25,643 nucleotides of DNA from an uncultured Planctomycetia bacterium (GCA_964388645.1 CAYMBK010000031.1:1-25643), one strand, 5' to 3'. Positions 1 through 8,270 are shown, numbered from the stretch's first letter. The notes: generated by a model from the letters alone, not told the origin. Program-made: numbers and translations.

Positions 1-207
1 TATATGGCGCAGAATGTGAATGTCGGCGGAGCGGTAGATACTTATCTTCAGGAAAAGCCGGAAAAGCCTCCCGTACCGCATAAAGTTAGTGTCGGTGAGC
101 CCTCTGGCGAAACGGAGACAACCGTAGATATAGTTCCTGGAACACGTACGGTGCAGGGATCCGGGACAATAAGTGTTAAGCAGACCTATCGGCAGAGTGA
201 TAAATAA
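1..207 (+). CDS. 3' end of a hypothetical protein, probably truncated by the window edge
   Basis: Frame 1 is open from base 1 to TAA at 205-207 and converges on the STT3 operon. No family motif recognised. Confidence 0.4.
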   Translation, partial: YMAQNVNVGGAVDTYLQEKPEKPPVPHKVSVGEPSGETETTVDIVPGTRTVQGSGTISVKQTYRQSDK

Positions 208-255
208 GCGATATTCTGGATAGCGTAAATCCATCCCCGAAGAAGCCGTAAAATT

Positions 256-357
256 TCAGTCCTCCTTGGAAACCTCGAGCTCCGCCACCGTCTTCGCGAG
301 GAGATCCGAAGCCGCGGGTTCCGCATTGACAAAGCGATCTCTTACAGTAAAGGTCAT
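256..357 (-). CDS. possible 33-aa small protein coupled to the STT3 stop codon
   Basis: ATG at 357-355 overlaps the STT3 TGA (ATGA overlap). It reads MTFTVRDRFVNAEPAASDLLAKTVAELEVSKED* and is not in the supplied ORF track. An alternative ATG lies at 369. Confidence 0.25.
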   Translation of the reverse strand: MTFTVRDRFVNAEPAASDLLAKTVAELEVSKED

Positions 358-2819
358 TCTTCCGGCCATTTTATCCTGTATATCATGATCCTGGTCGCGA
401 GAGTGGGGTTCTCTTCCAGGATGAACGGTTCGAATAATGTCAAGCCTGTGCCGTTAAGGTAGTACAGCCTGAATATGACAGACTTCAGTACATGTGAAGG
501 GGCAACGATGCAGCTTGACCGATTGCCGCTTCGTCTGATGAAAAGAACGGAAAGCTTTATGTCAGGTTTTTCCATTTGTTTTTCCGAAAGGCCACCGCTG
601 ATCGGAAGAATGATACTTTCGGGGGTTCCTGATATTTGTCCTTCCAGGGAACTAATATATGCTGTCATTTTGGACGTATCAAGCGATACGCCGTTACTGA
701 AAAATAATGTCCCGTTATTTTCACGGATCTGAAAACTTTCTTCTCCTATGTAAGGCATGCCTCCTGAAATTCGCCACATCAAAGAGATATAATTTTTTGT
801 TCCGCGCACGAATGATCCGGATACCGGCGGAGGATCCAGATCACCGTTTCGGGCCGCCAGGGCTTTCGAGAAATCCCATTCAGAAACATAGTAGAGCCCC
901 AGTACATTTTTCATGAGGTCATTATAGATCAAGCAAAAAGAGGGAGGGGGAGGTCCGTGCGTGAGCGCTGCCAGTTGAAACGCTTTATCTTTGTCTAGGA
1001 ACTTTTCGGCGAATGAAACGGCTCCGGACTCGTTCCGGACGGCCATCTTTTTGAGCAATTCCACGGCTTCATCTTCGGCGAAACCTTCGGAAACAAGGAA
1101 GTCGAACGCCATGTTACCGCTGGTATTGAGCATGCGCAGTATTCCTGCGGCCTCACTTTCGTTATCACTCATAAAGAAACTCGCTACCCAGTAAGATTGC
1201 GGGACTTCGGGCGTAGCTCCGTCGAAAGTAACGCCGCGTTCGGCGATGGCTCTTATAAAATGCCCCGGAGGCCACCAGGAATTAACTATACTATTCTCCG
1301 GGGACATCGACTTGAGCGTTTTGAGAGCGGAGTCCCAGGTTTCGTTGAATATGGGTTTTATCCTGGAGGAGGAGATATGCGCTAAGACCATCGGCGGGGT
1401 CAGAAGCCCCGAAAATAAAATGGGATATACCGCTGTAAAAATACGGGGCCTTTTTTTAAAAAGCAAGCTAAGCCTTCTTCGCGTGTGGTTGTAGATCGAG
1501 TTGAGCCCGTATGCAAAACACAATGACGCCGGGCCTATGAGAAAGATCACGAATCGCTCGTTTTTTGCCGACATAAAAGCGAAAACCGCCGTAAAAACGC
1601 ATATAGAAGCTTTATATTCAAAAAACGCGTCGGTTCGTTTCCGGGGTAAAACGGAAAAAAACCCGTATATCGCGAAGAAAACGAAAAAAGGGCCTCCGGA
1701 AAGGTGCATTATTTTCAAGGGCGAGGCCCTCTTGAGTTCTCCGATGGTCAGGAAGATATCCGGCCATACATCTATCCGGGCAAGTGAAAATTTACCTGTT
1801 ATACCCAGAACCTCAGAAAGTGAAACTGACAGGCCTGACGGCGTCACTACAAAAGCCGATACTGCCAGGGTCCCCAGAAGGTAGATGGAATATCCGGCAA
1901 AAATATCACGGACGGGTTTTTTTGTGAAGACTCGGAAAAGGTATCCCGCGAAGAATGACAATGAAACAAGGAAGACAAGCAGCAGCCATCCCTGCCAGAA
2001 GACGGAGTAAATACCGTTCAGAAGAGATAAGGCCGCTATCCAAACTATTTTTTTGTTATGGTCGAATGCCTTGGCCATAAGAAAAAGGGCGGCCAGAGGG
2101 AATATGACATTGTAAGGGTCGGTGTCGTACCATCCCGCGCAGCTTCTCTGTATGAAAATGGGAGCCAGGGAAAAGAAAAAACCGCTTATAAGGACGGTCA
2201 TTCCGGGCATTTTTAATTTTTTACAGCACAGGATGAATAAAGCCAGGCATAACAGGTAAAGCACCATAGGAACAACGGACACCGAAAAAATGAGTTCGAT
2301 GTTCTCGTTGAACAGGAGCATGGCCTTGTGCACCAAAAATCCGGTATAGGGATGGATCTCAAAATTCCGCCATCGTCCTATTGGGGCGGTCATGAGAGGG
2401 TCGAAAAACCTTCCTCCCGACATTTTCTCGGCAAGGCGGCCTTTTCGCAGAAGATTTTTAGTGAGACGGTAGTAGTAATATGGATCCGCTCCGAGAAGAT
2501 ACAAGGCGCCGGAAGAAGTGAGATTTTCAGCGAGAACATTGACGGATCCCTCGAGGGCATCTCGGTCGGACCCTATAATGGCCTGAAGACGGACATCTGT
2601 TTTGGTCTTTTTTTCGGCCTCGTTTAAAAGGGGGTAGACGCGGGAAGTTTCCACGGCCAGCTCCTTTCGAAGATTAGCCAGGATGATCATGCGGCTTATC
2701 TTTAGATTGTGCCGCCGTATGTTTTGCGTTGCCGGGTAAGAACGGAAATAAAGCCCGAAAGAGGCGGTGATCGCGAAGATAGCAATAAAGACGGCCGATC
2801 TCTTGAAGTGTTCTGTCAT
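354..2819 (-). CDS. stt3: STT3/AglB/PglB-family oligosaccharyltransferase with a non-canonical WWPPG motif
   Basis: 821 aa polytopic membrane protein with a C-terminal soluble domain. Motifs in the expected order: GADPYY (D112), YDTD (D232/D234), TIGE (E361), ERF, NSWWPPGH (W515-G519), DLMK (D634/K637). Confidence 0.92.
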   Translation of the reverse strand: MTEHFKRSAVFIAIFAITASFGLYFRSYPATQNIRRHNLKISRMIILANLRKELAVETSRVYPLLNEAEKKTKTDVRLQAIIGSDRDALEGSVNVLAENLTSSGALYLLGADPYYYYRLTKNLLRKGRLAEKMSGGRFFDPLMTAPIGRWRNFEIHPYTGFLVHKAMLLFNENIELIFSVSVVPMVLYLLCLALFILCCKKLKMPGMTVLISGFFFSLAPIFIQRSCAGWYDTDPYNVIFPLAALFLMAKAFDHNKKIVWIAALSLLNGIYSVFWQGWLLLVFLVSLSFFAGYLFRVFTKKPVRDIFAGYSIYLLGTLAVSAFVVTPSGLSVSLSEVLGITGKFSLARIDVWPDIFLTIGELKRASPLKIMHLSGGPFFVFFAIYGFFSVLPRKRTDAFFEYKASICVFTAVFAFMSAKNERFVIFLIGPASLCFAYGLNSIYNHTRRRLSLLFKKRPRIFTAVYPILFSGLLTPPMVLAHISSSRIKPIFNETWDSALKTLKSMSPENSIVNSWWPPGHFIRAIAERGVTFDGATPEVPQSYWVASFFMSDNESEAAGILRMLNTSGNMAFDFLVSEGFAEDEAVELLKKMAVRNESGAVSFAEKFLDKDKAFQLAALTHGPPPPSFCLIYNDLMKNVLGLYYVSEWDFSKALAARNGDLDPPPVSGSFVRGTKNYISLMWRISGGMPYIGEESFQIRENNGTLFFSNGVSLDTSKMTAYISSLEGQISGTPESIILPISGGLSEKQMEKPDIKLSVLFIRRSGNRSSCIVAPSHVLKSVIFRLYYLNGTGLTLFEPFILEENPTLATRIMIYRIKWPEE

Positions 2820-2840
2820 GTTCCGCTCGAGTTTGGGGGG

Positions 2841-4103
2841 TTACTCTTGCATGGACTGCATTATTTGCCTGAGAACGAACATTCTTACGTCAGTTACATC
2901 ATCCGGGATAACGTAGTCCGGGGATATGCCGTCAAACCCCAGGAGTGTACCGTCAAAAATAAACGATTGGCCTGTCAAAAGCGCCAGCATAGATCCGTCT
3001 TCGAACCGTATTCCGCTTTTAAGATGGGCGGATCCCGCGGTGTTTTCCTTCCCCATTATCACGGCTCTTTTGTGTGCCTGGAGGGCGCCCGCGAGTATTT
3101 CCGAAGAGCTTCCGCTCTTGCCGTCCACCAGCACTATCATGCGCCCGGTGTACAGAATATCGGAAGCCGGCGTAACAAGGCCCGCTACCGGTTTGTCTCT
3201 CCTGACATAGTAAGATACGCGGGATTCAGGAGGGAGGAACAGCGCCAGTATTTCCCGCACGGCAAGAGGCGGTCCTCCGGGATTGTCTGTAACGTCCAGC
3301 ACTACGTATTCTATGTTCGTAACACCGTGCTGTTCGATGTATGCCTTGAGGTCATTGGCTGTTTCTTTGTTGAATTTATTGATCTTGAAATACGTTACTC
3401 CCGGCAGTCCCGTAGGAAACTCATCAACGGTTTCCGTGAAGAATTCTTTACAAACCAGGGTGTAGGGTTGTAGTCTGCGTTCTTCAATTATGGCTATTAT
3501 CATCTGCACTTCTGTATCCAGGGGGGGGGAAAGCAGTGATTCGATCTCCTGTTGTGAAAGGGTGTTCACCCCGGAGCCATTTATCGCCATTATCGCGTTA
3601 CCCGGGCGTATTCCTTTAGCGTACGCATCGGAACGGGCCTCGACATCGGTTATGACGAATATGTCGCCTGACATGTTGCCGGAAATGCCCAGGCCGTGTT
3701 CATAGCCGTAAACCTTTTTAGCGTACTCTTCGGCTTCTTTAGGCGGGATAAAATTCGTGAACGTATCCTCCGGGTCTTTCAGTTTTTCTACCAGCAGCCC
3801 GGAACCCAGATGGGCAAGCCAGCCGGTGCCGTCCGTCAAGGCCTGGACATCCGAAAGCCGGGTTTTTTTATAGTTTTTAATGAAGTCTTCATAAACTTCC
3901 CGTGAAACGGGCTTGTAGTATTCAGAGTCCATGCGTTCATAGACCATGGCGATAAAGTCGAGGTAAGGTTTCTGCAGGCGGTCAAGTTGTGCGTTAGTCC
4001 CGCCGTTCTGCGCGCATGATGCCAGGGATATAAGGCTCAGCGCCAGAGCCGATGCCCGTAATACATTCCCAAGGAAGACGTTTGTGGTATTGTTCTTATG
4101 CAT
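2841..4103 (-). CDS. S41-family (CtpA-like) C-terminal protease, PDZ domain, lipoprotein
   Basis: Lipobox LASC, PDZ-like GLGI...GIRPGNAIMAING, DVTDNPGG, SGSSSEILAGALQ. Start placed at 4103 because AGGA lies just upstream; the ORF track start at 4121 is the alternative. Confidence 0.88.
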   Translation of the reverse strand: MHKNNTTNVFLGNVLRASALALSLISLASCAQNGGTNAQLDRLQKPYLDFIAMVYERMDSEYYKPVSREVYEDFIKNYKKTRLSDVQALTDGTGWLAHLGSGLLVEKLKDPEDTFTNFIPPKEAEEYAKKVYGYEHGLGISGNMSGDIFVITDVEARSDAYAKGIRPGNAIMAINGSGVNTLSQQEIESLLSPPLDTEVQMIIAIIEERRLQPYTLVCKEFFTETVDEFPTGLPGVTYFKINKFNKETANDLKAYIEQHGVTNIEYVVLDVTDNPGGPPLAVREILALFLPPESRVSYYVRRDKPVAGLVTPASDILYTGRMIVLVDGKSGSSSEILAGALQAHKRAVIMGKENTAGSAHLKSGIRFEDGSMLALLTGQSFIFDGTLLGFDGISPDYVIPDDVTDVRMFVLRQIMQSMQE

Positions 4104-4415
4104 GAAATGCTCCTGTTGCATCTGAGTTTCAGAAAAGAAAAAGCTTAGTTTCTACGGATCGATACTCTGCTTCTATGCAAAAAGCATAGCACCGAGCTCC
4201 TTATTTATCAAGGGTTTTTGTCGCATCCGCTGTTCTTTTAGGATATTCCGGAAAAGTTCCGGACGCGATATATTGTGACACTTTATTGACACCGCCTGGA
4301 TTAAAACATTATTACGGGTTACGGAGCGGGAAGGAGGACGTCATTTCAAACGAAAGGGCATCTTGAAGCGGAAAAATGGGAGAGCCCGGATATTCGGGTA
4401 GTGTGTTCCTCGGAT

Positions 4416-4443
4416 TTGTAAACCGGGAGAATCGTGGTATACT
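4416..4443 (+). promoter_or_regulatory. sigma70-like promoter for the TPR-peptidase gene
   Basis: TTGTAA (4416-4421), 16 nt spacer, TG-n-TATACT (4435-4443). Confidence 0.5.
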
Positions 4444-4519
4444 TATTTTTCGGGGATACTGACACGGGAAGTCTGAATAAGGAGTGTTTTCGCCTTTTGG
4501 GGGCGGGGTGATATTGGGC

Positions 4520-5713
4520 ATGAAGATAAGAGGTAGTTTTTTTTTGGTTTTTCCGGCGTTATTCCTGGAATTGTCATTGGCAGTGTTTTCCGCGCCCGAT
4601 GCGGCAGCATCTCAGCAGGCTGCGTATCAGCATAATAGCCGAGGCATTGAAAAGCTTCAGTCCGGTGATTATGCCGGGGCCATAGAGGATCTCAGGGCAG
4701 CCCACCGATATCTCCCGGCAAATGAGGACATTAAACGGAATCTGGGGATAGCTTATAACAACTACGCCTTCTATCTAAAAACAAAAGGGGTTTTGCGGGA
4801 AGCCATCATACAGTACAAAAACGCTCTCCAATACGATAGCGACAATCCGTACACATATTATAACCTTGGCCAGGCGTACTATTTAACGCAGGACATGCCC
4901 ATGGCCAGGCACGCTCTGGAAAAAGCTCATAAACTGGATCCCGGACTCGAAGGCCTCGAGGTTTTGCTTGCCAGGGTAAAAGGTGAAGCCACCGCGGAAA
5001 GCGGATTTGACAAGATAGAAACCATGCATTTCATAGTAGCGGCCGACAGGACGGTTCCGAGCGCTAAAATTTCTTATATACGCACACACCTGGAGGAGGC
5101 CTATGGAAGGGTGGGGATGATATTGGATCATTATCCGAGGCAAAAGACAATTGCCGTAATTTTCTCAGAGGATAGCTACGCTCATATGCTTAAAGGTATC
5201 CCTCCTTGGGCGCTTGCCGTATACGACGGCAAAGTCCGTATTCCCGCGGACAGGACCAGATATGGGTCTCGGGACGTCATAAAAATAATATACCATGAGT
5301 ATGCCCATGTAGTGGTGCGGGACATAACCCGGGGGAAATGCCCTGTCTGGCTTAATGAGGGTATAGCGGGCCTTTCGGAAAGCCTGGTAGAACCCCAAAA
5401 AAAGGAAGTTATTCGAAAGTACATAGAAAAATTGGGAGTAGTCCCCTTAAGGCGCATTCCTGAGAGTTTCGCGGATATTAAGCAGCGTGAAGTGATGACG
5501 CTTTTGTACATGCAGTCCTATCTTCTGGCGGAGTTCATTGTGAAAAAAGTGGGATATAGCGGGTTACGCGATATTTTAGATGAACTTGGCAGGGGAACTA
5601 CGATATGGGCCGCCATAAGCGGCGTTTCAGGCCAGAGTATGGCTGATTTTGAGAAAGACTGGGGCAGGGCTCTCGCTTCTGAATACGGGTGGAAGGGTAC
5701 TGTTTCACCATGA
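4520..5713 (+). CDS. exported TPR-repeat zinc metallopeptidase (peptidase MA-like/gluzincin domain)
   Basis: Hydrophobic signal-like N-terminus. TPR helices (AYNNYAFY...A...Y..AL..D; YYNLGQAYY). HEYAH at 5294 followed by PVWLNEGIA. First ATG is at 4520; the ORF track start at 4484 is TTG. Confidence 0.85.
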   Translation: MKIRGSFFLVFPALFLELSLAVFSAPDAAASQQAAYQHNSRGIEKLQSGDYAGAIEDLRAAHRYLPANEDIKRNLGIAYNNYAFYLKTKGVLREAIIQYKNALQYDSDNPYTYYNLGQAYYLTQDMPMARHALEKAHKLDPGLEGLEVLLARVKGEATAESGFDKIETMHFIVAADRTVPSAKISYIRTHLEEAYGRVGMILDHYPRQKTIAVIFSEDSYAHMLKGIPPWALAVYDGKVRIPADRTRYGSRDVIKIIYHEYAHVVVRDITRGKCPVWLNEGIAGLSESLVEPQKKEVIRKYIEKLGVVPLRRIPESFADIKQREVMTLLYMQSYLLAEFIVKKVGYSGLRDILDELGRGTTIWAAISGVSGQSMADFEKDWGRALASEYGWKGTVSP

Positions 5714-5736
5714 TGCAGTTTTAGGCACAGGAGTAC

Positions 5737-5764
5737 TTGACTTGCCGGGTTTAAAAGGTAAACT
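5737..5764 (+). promoter_or_regulatory. sigma70-like promoter for the FecR-domain gene
   Basis: TTGACT (5737-5742), 16 nt spacer, TAAACT (5759-5764). Confidence 0.4.
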
Positions 5765-5857
5765 ATATTCTGCGGCTCTGCTCAAAGTAGGGCAAGGTAG
5801 TTTTTTTGTGGTTTTCAGTGAAGGGATGTATATGTGCGCCAAGGGAAGGGAAGAGGG

Positions 5858-6700
5858 ATGAAGAAAATATTTTTTTTAGTTTTTTTAATATCGGTCCTGC
5901 ATTTTTGCGATGTTGTGGCAGAGCCCGAAAAGGCAACGGTTTTTTCCACTCAGGGAAAAGTAAGCATGATACCCAAAGGAAGCACTTCGTCCATCGAAGC
6001 TTATCCCGGGATGCAGCTTAACGAGGGCGACTGGATAAAGACAGATAAAGCGTCTTCTGTGGCGATATCGTTCAATGAAGAAGACAGCAATGTTGTAAGC
6101 GTAAAGGAAAATACTCTTGTTATACTCAAGCTTGACGGATATTTCAAGATACATCTTCTTTCCGGTGAGATATACGCTTTTTTAGAAAGCGTTGAGAAAG
6201 ATGAGTCTTTCAGAGTGCTCATGCCTTCGGTGGTCACGGAATCAGCAAGCAGCGGGTGGGGAGCTACTACTGACGGCAGTTATACCAATGTTATGGTCTT
6301 TGAAAATCAGGCTTTTATTTGTGGTATCAATATGGACGGTAGTGTCGATGATAAGAAGTTCTGGATAGACGAAGGTTTTCAGCGCAAGACCATAAAGTTC
6401 CAGGACCCCGGTGCGATCAGGCCTGTTCCTAAGGATGTCGCCACATGGTTCAAGGAACAGGTAGTCGCCCATCATCTCGAAAAGTCCCTCTCACGCGATA
6501 TTAAGACAAGCCCCCCGGTGCCTGCTTCCCCGGGAAGAACTGACAATAAAGGGCCCGCTAAAGATGTTGACGCCCAAAAGGAAGAGGACTTTAATGGGTC
6601 AGCCGGGCCGTCCCATCATGCTCCCGGTGTTTTTGTAACGGACGGAGAAGAGATCAATCTCGTGGAGTATCTTTACAGGGAGAGGCTCAGGCAGAGGTAA
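5858..6700 (+). CDS. exported FecR-domain protein
   Basis: Signal peptide MKKIFFLVFLISVLHFCDVVA. FecR-like pattern QGKV...GMQLNEGDWIKT...SSVAISF...SNVVSVKENT. GAGGG RBS before the ATG at 5858. Confidence 0.75.
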   Translation: MKKIFFLVFLISVLHFCDVVAEPEKATVFSTQGKVSMIPKGSTSSIEAYPGMQLNEGDWIKTDKASSVAISFNEEDSNVVSVKENTLVILKLDGYFKIHLLSGEIYAFLESVEKDESFRVLMPSVVTESASSGWGATTDGSYTNVMVFENQAFICGINMDGSVDDKKFWIDEGFQRKTIKFQDPGAIRPVPKDVATWFKEQVVAHHLEKSLSRDIKTSPPVPASPGRTDNKGPAKDVDAQKEEDFNGSAGPSHHAPGVFVTDGEEINLVEYLYRERLRQR

Positions 6701-6718
6701 TTCTTAAGAAGACCGTCT

Positions 6719-7492
6719 CTAGGGAAGCCATTCTTGCAGCGTCAGGTTCAACGGCCGCCGGATTATCCTGGGGTCATAGAAGTTCTTAACTCCCGCTCTT
6801 GTCCATTTGGTCATTTCATCTTCGATAGCTACCGTGCTGCTCGTTTCAAGCCCCTTTACGGAGGAATCGCTGTACACTATAAGGGTAGGCTCTTTGTAGC
6901 TTAGAAGGCTCTCTACTGTTTCCTTGAATTTTTCGGGGGAAGAAATGATGTGGGCTAGATGCGCGATAACGCATTTGTATTTTTTGCTTTTTCCGGCCCG
7001 CACCATTTCGGCTTCATCCTTGACGGTCTTGGTGTCATAGCCGTGTTTGTCAAAGATCCTGGATATTTTTTCGGTAACATGAGGAGAATCCGTCATAAGC
7101 AAGGCTTTGTTGCGGGTGAGGTCCTTAGCCGCCGAAACAAGATCCTGTTTTTCGACGGGTTTTGCCAGAAATCCATCGGCTCCGCAGGAAAGAAAAGTGT
7201 CAGACATACCGGATCTGCCGGAAACGACAAGAACAGGAAGATTCCGGGTGCTAGAGGCTGATCTCAGAGATTTGAATACGGAAAAACCGTCTAACTTGGG
7301 CAGAATAATGTCGAGTACGACAAGGTCGAATTTGTCTCTTTGCAGGAGCTTTATCGCCGTTTCCCCGTCCTCTGCCGGAATGACCGAAAATCCCCCGCTC
7401 TCAAGCATCGCTTTAGAAACATCCAGAAGATCCGAGTCATCCTCTACTAAAAGCACTCTTTTTGGGGGTTGATCTTTTGCGGGTATGTTCAT
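6719..7492 (-). CDS. response regulator: intact receiver plus degenerate second receiver, no output domain
   Basis: VLLVEDD, LVVLD61IILP, VVSG and LAKP conserved in domain 1. Domain 2 has the same layout with His178 at the phosphoacceptor position. Confidence 0.87.
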   Translation of the reverse strand: MNIPAKDQPPKRVLLVEDDSDLLDVSKAMLESGGFSVIPAEDGETAIKLLQRDKFDLVVLDIILPKLDGFSVFKSLRSASSTRNLPVLVVSGRSGMSDTFLSCGADGFLAKPVEKQDLVSAAKDLTRNKALLMTDSPHVTEKISRIFDKHGYDTKTVKDEAEMVRAGKSKKYKCVIAHLAHIISSPEKFKETVESLLSYKEPTLIVYSDSSVKGLETSSTVAIEDEMTKWTRAGVKNFYDPRIIRRPLNLTLQEWLP

Positions 7493-7636
7493 ATTCTTAT
7501 CCTTTCTTTCTCTAAACCCGGATCGTTAACAGCGTTTTTGACCATAAAAACCCGGGGGGCCGGTCAAAAGTTAGATATATTATTACCATGTGTAGGAAAA
7601 CGTGTCAATTCTTTTTGTGGATTACGAAGAAACCTC

Positions 7637-7665
7637 TTGCGCGTATCGGATCTATCTGCTACAAT
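7637..7665 (+). promoter_or_regulatory. promoter of the tRNA gene
   Basis: TTGCGC (7637-7642), 17 nt spacer, TG-n-TACAAT (7657-7665), 20 nt upstream of the tRNA. Confidence 0.7.
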
Positions 7666-7685
7666 CGTGTCCTTGAAGATAAGGA

Positions 7686-7760
7686 CGCGGGGTGGAGCAG
7701 AGGTAGCTCGTGAGGCTCATAACCTCAAGGTCGGAGGTTCGATTCCTCCCCCCGCAACCA
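7686..7760 (+). tRNA. initiator tRNA-fMet (CAT)
   Basis: Full cloverleaf: acceptor CGCGGGG/CCCCGCA with C1xA72 mismatch, A11-U24 pair, anticodon arm TGAGG-CTCATAA-CCTCA, T arm GGAGG-TTCGATT-CCTCC, encoded CCA. Confidence 0.98.
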
Positions 7761-7765
7761 GTATA

Positions 7766-7807
7766 AATAAAGCGGAGATAGTCATTTACGATTATCTCCG
7801 CTTTATT
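7766..7807 (+). terminator. intrinsic terminator-like hairpin after the tRNA
   Basis: AATAAAGCGGAGATAGTC / GATTATCTCCGCTTTATT form an 18-bp stem with one G-U pair and a 6-nt loop, followed by a T-rich tail. Confidence 0.75.
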
Positions 7808-7831
7808 CTTTAGGGCAGTCTTTACGGGCTG

Positions 7832-7850
7832 TGCTAACACTATGCTAACA
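7832..7850. repeat. tandem TGCTAACA direct repeat with 11-bp period
   Basis: TGCTAACA at 7832-7839 and 7843-7850, about 70 nt past the tRNA 3' end. Confidence 0.6.
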
Positions 7851-8011
7851 AAGTTGATCTAGGAGCCTTTCCGCAGGTCGTTCAAATATCTATTTTCGCC
7901 CCCGCCAAAGAAGAAGCTTTTTGAAATAGAACCGCCTCGGTCAAACCCACCTTGAGGGCATCAATTAAGCACAAACAAAAAACACCGCTTAAATTAAAAC
8001 GGTATAAATTC

Positions 8012-8040
8012 TTGAGCAATGCCCTTGCAAGAGCTATAAT
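8012..8040 (+). promoter_or_regulatory. sigma70-like promoter upstream of the small membrane-protein genes
   Basis: TTGAGC (8012-8017), 17 nt spacer, TATAAT (8035-8040). Confidence 0.5.
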
Positions 8041-8270
8041 CTGTTATGGTTATGAGGAAGTGGCCTGGTGGGAAGATGGGAAGCAGGCTCTTGATCATTA
8101 TCCAAGGCGATCTTACGCGGAACGGGGGATGTTGCCTTGTTTATTGTTTTATAAGAGGTTCCGGGGGGATTCAGCCTTGCGCTGATAATGTTTGTGATGA
8201 AGAGGGAAAAATAGCGCCGCTGTGATGAAAGTCGTCCGGGTTTGGAGCAACCGAAGACAAGGAGGCTTAT

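Noticed and set aside
2709-3473. 254-aa plus-strand ORF
   Set aside because: It is antisense to the S41 and STT3 genes and has no family features.
4173-4189. CTATGC-AAAAA-GCATAG inverted repeat upstream of the S41 gene
   Set aside because: 6-bp arms can arise by chance and there is no second copy to support an operator.
7536-7569. TTTTGACC-N18-GGTCAAAA inverted repeat upstream of the response regulator
   Set aside because: The repeat is real but single-copy with a long spacer, so no function can be supported.
7469-7840. ORFs 7469-7813 (+) and 7652-7840 (-)
   Set aside because: They overlap the tRNA, its promoter and its terminator, which explain the sequence.
7952-8225. ORF 7952-8185 and a 57-aa ORF at 8052-8225
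   Set aside because: No RBS, no motif and atypical composition. The first also spans the promoter-like site.
8218-8260. CTGTGATGA...GAAGAC resembling a hammerhead ribozyme core
   Set aside because: It does not match CUGAnGA/GAAA and I could not build the three stems.
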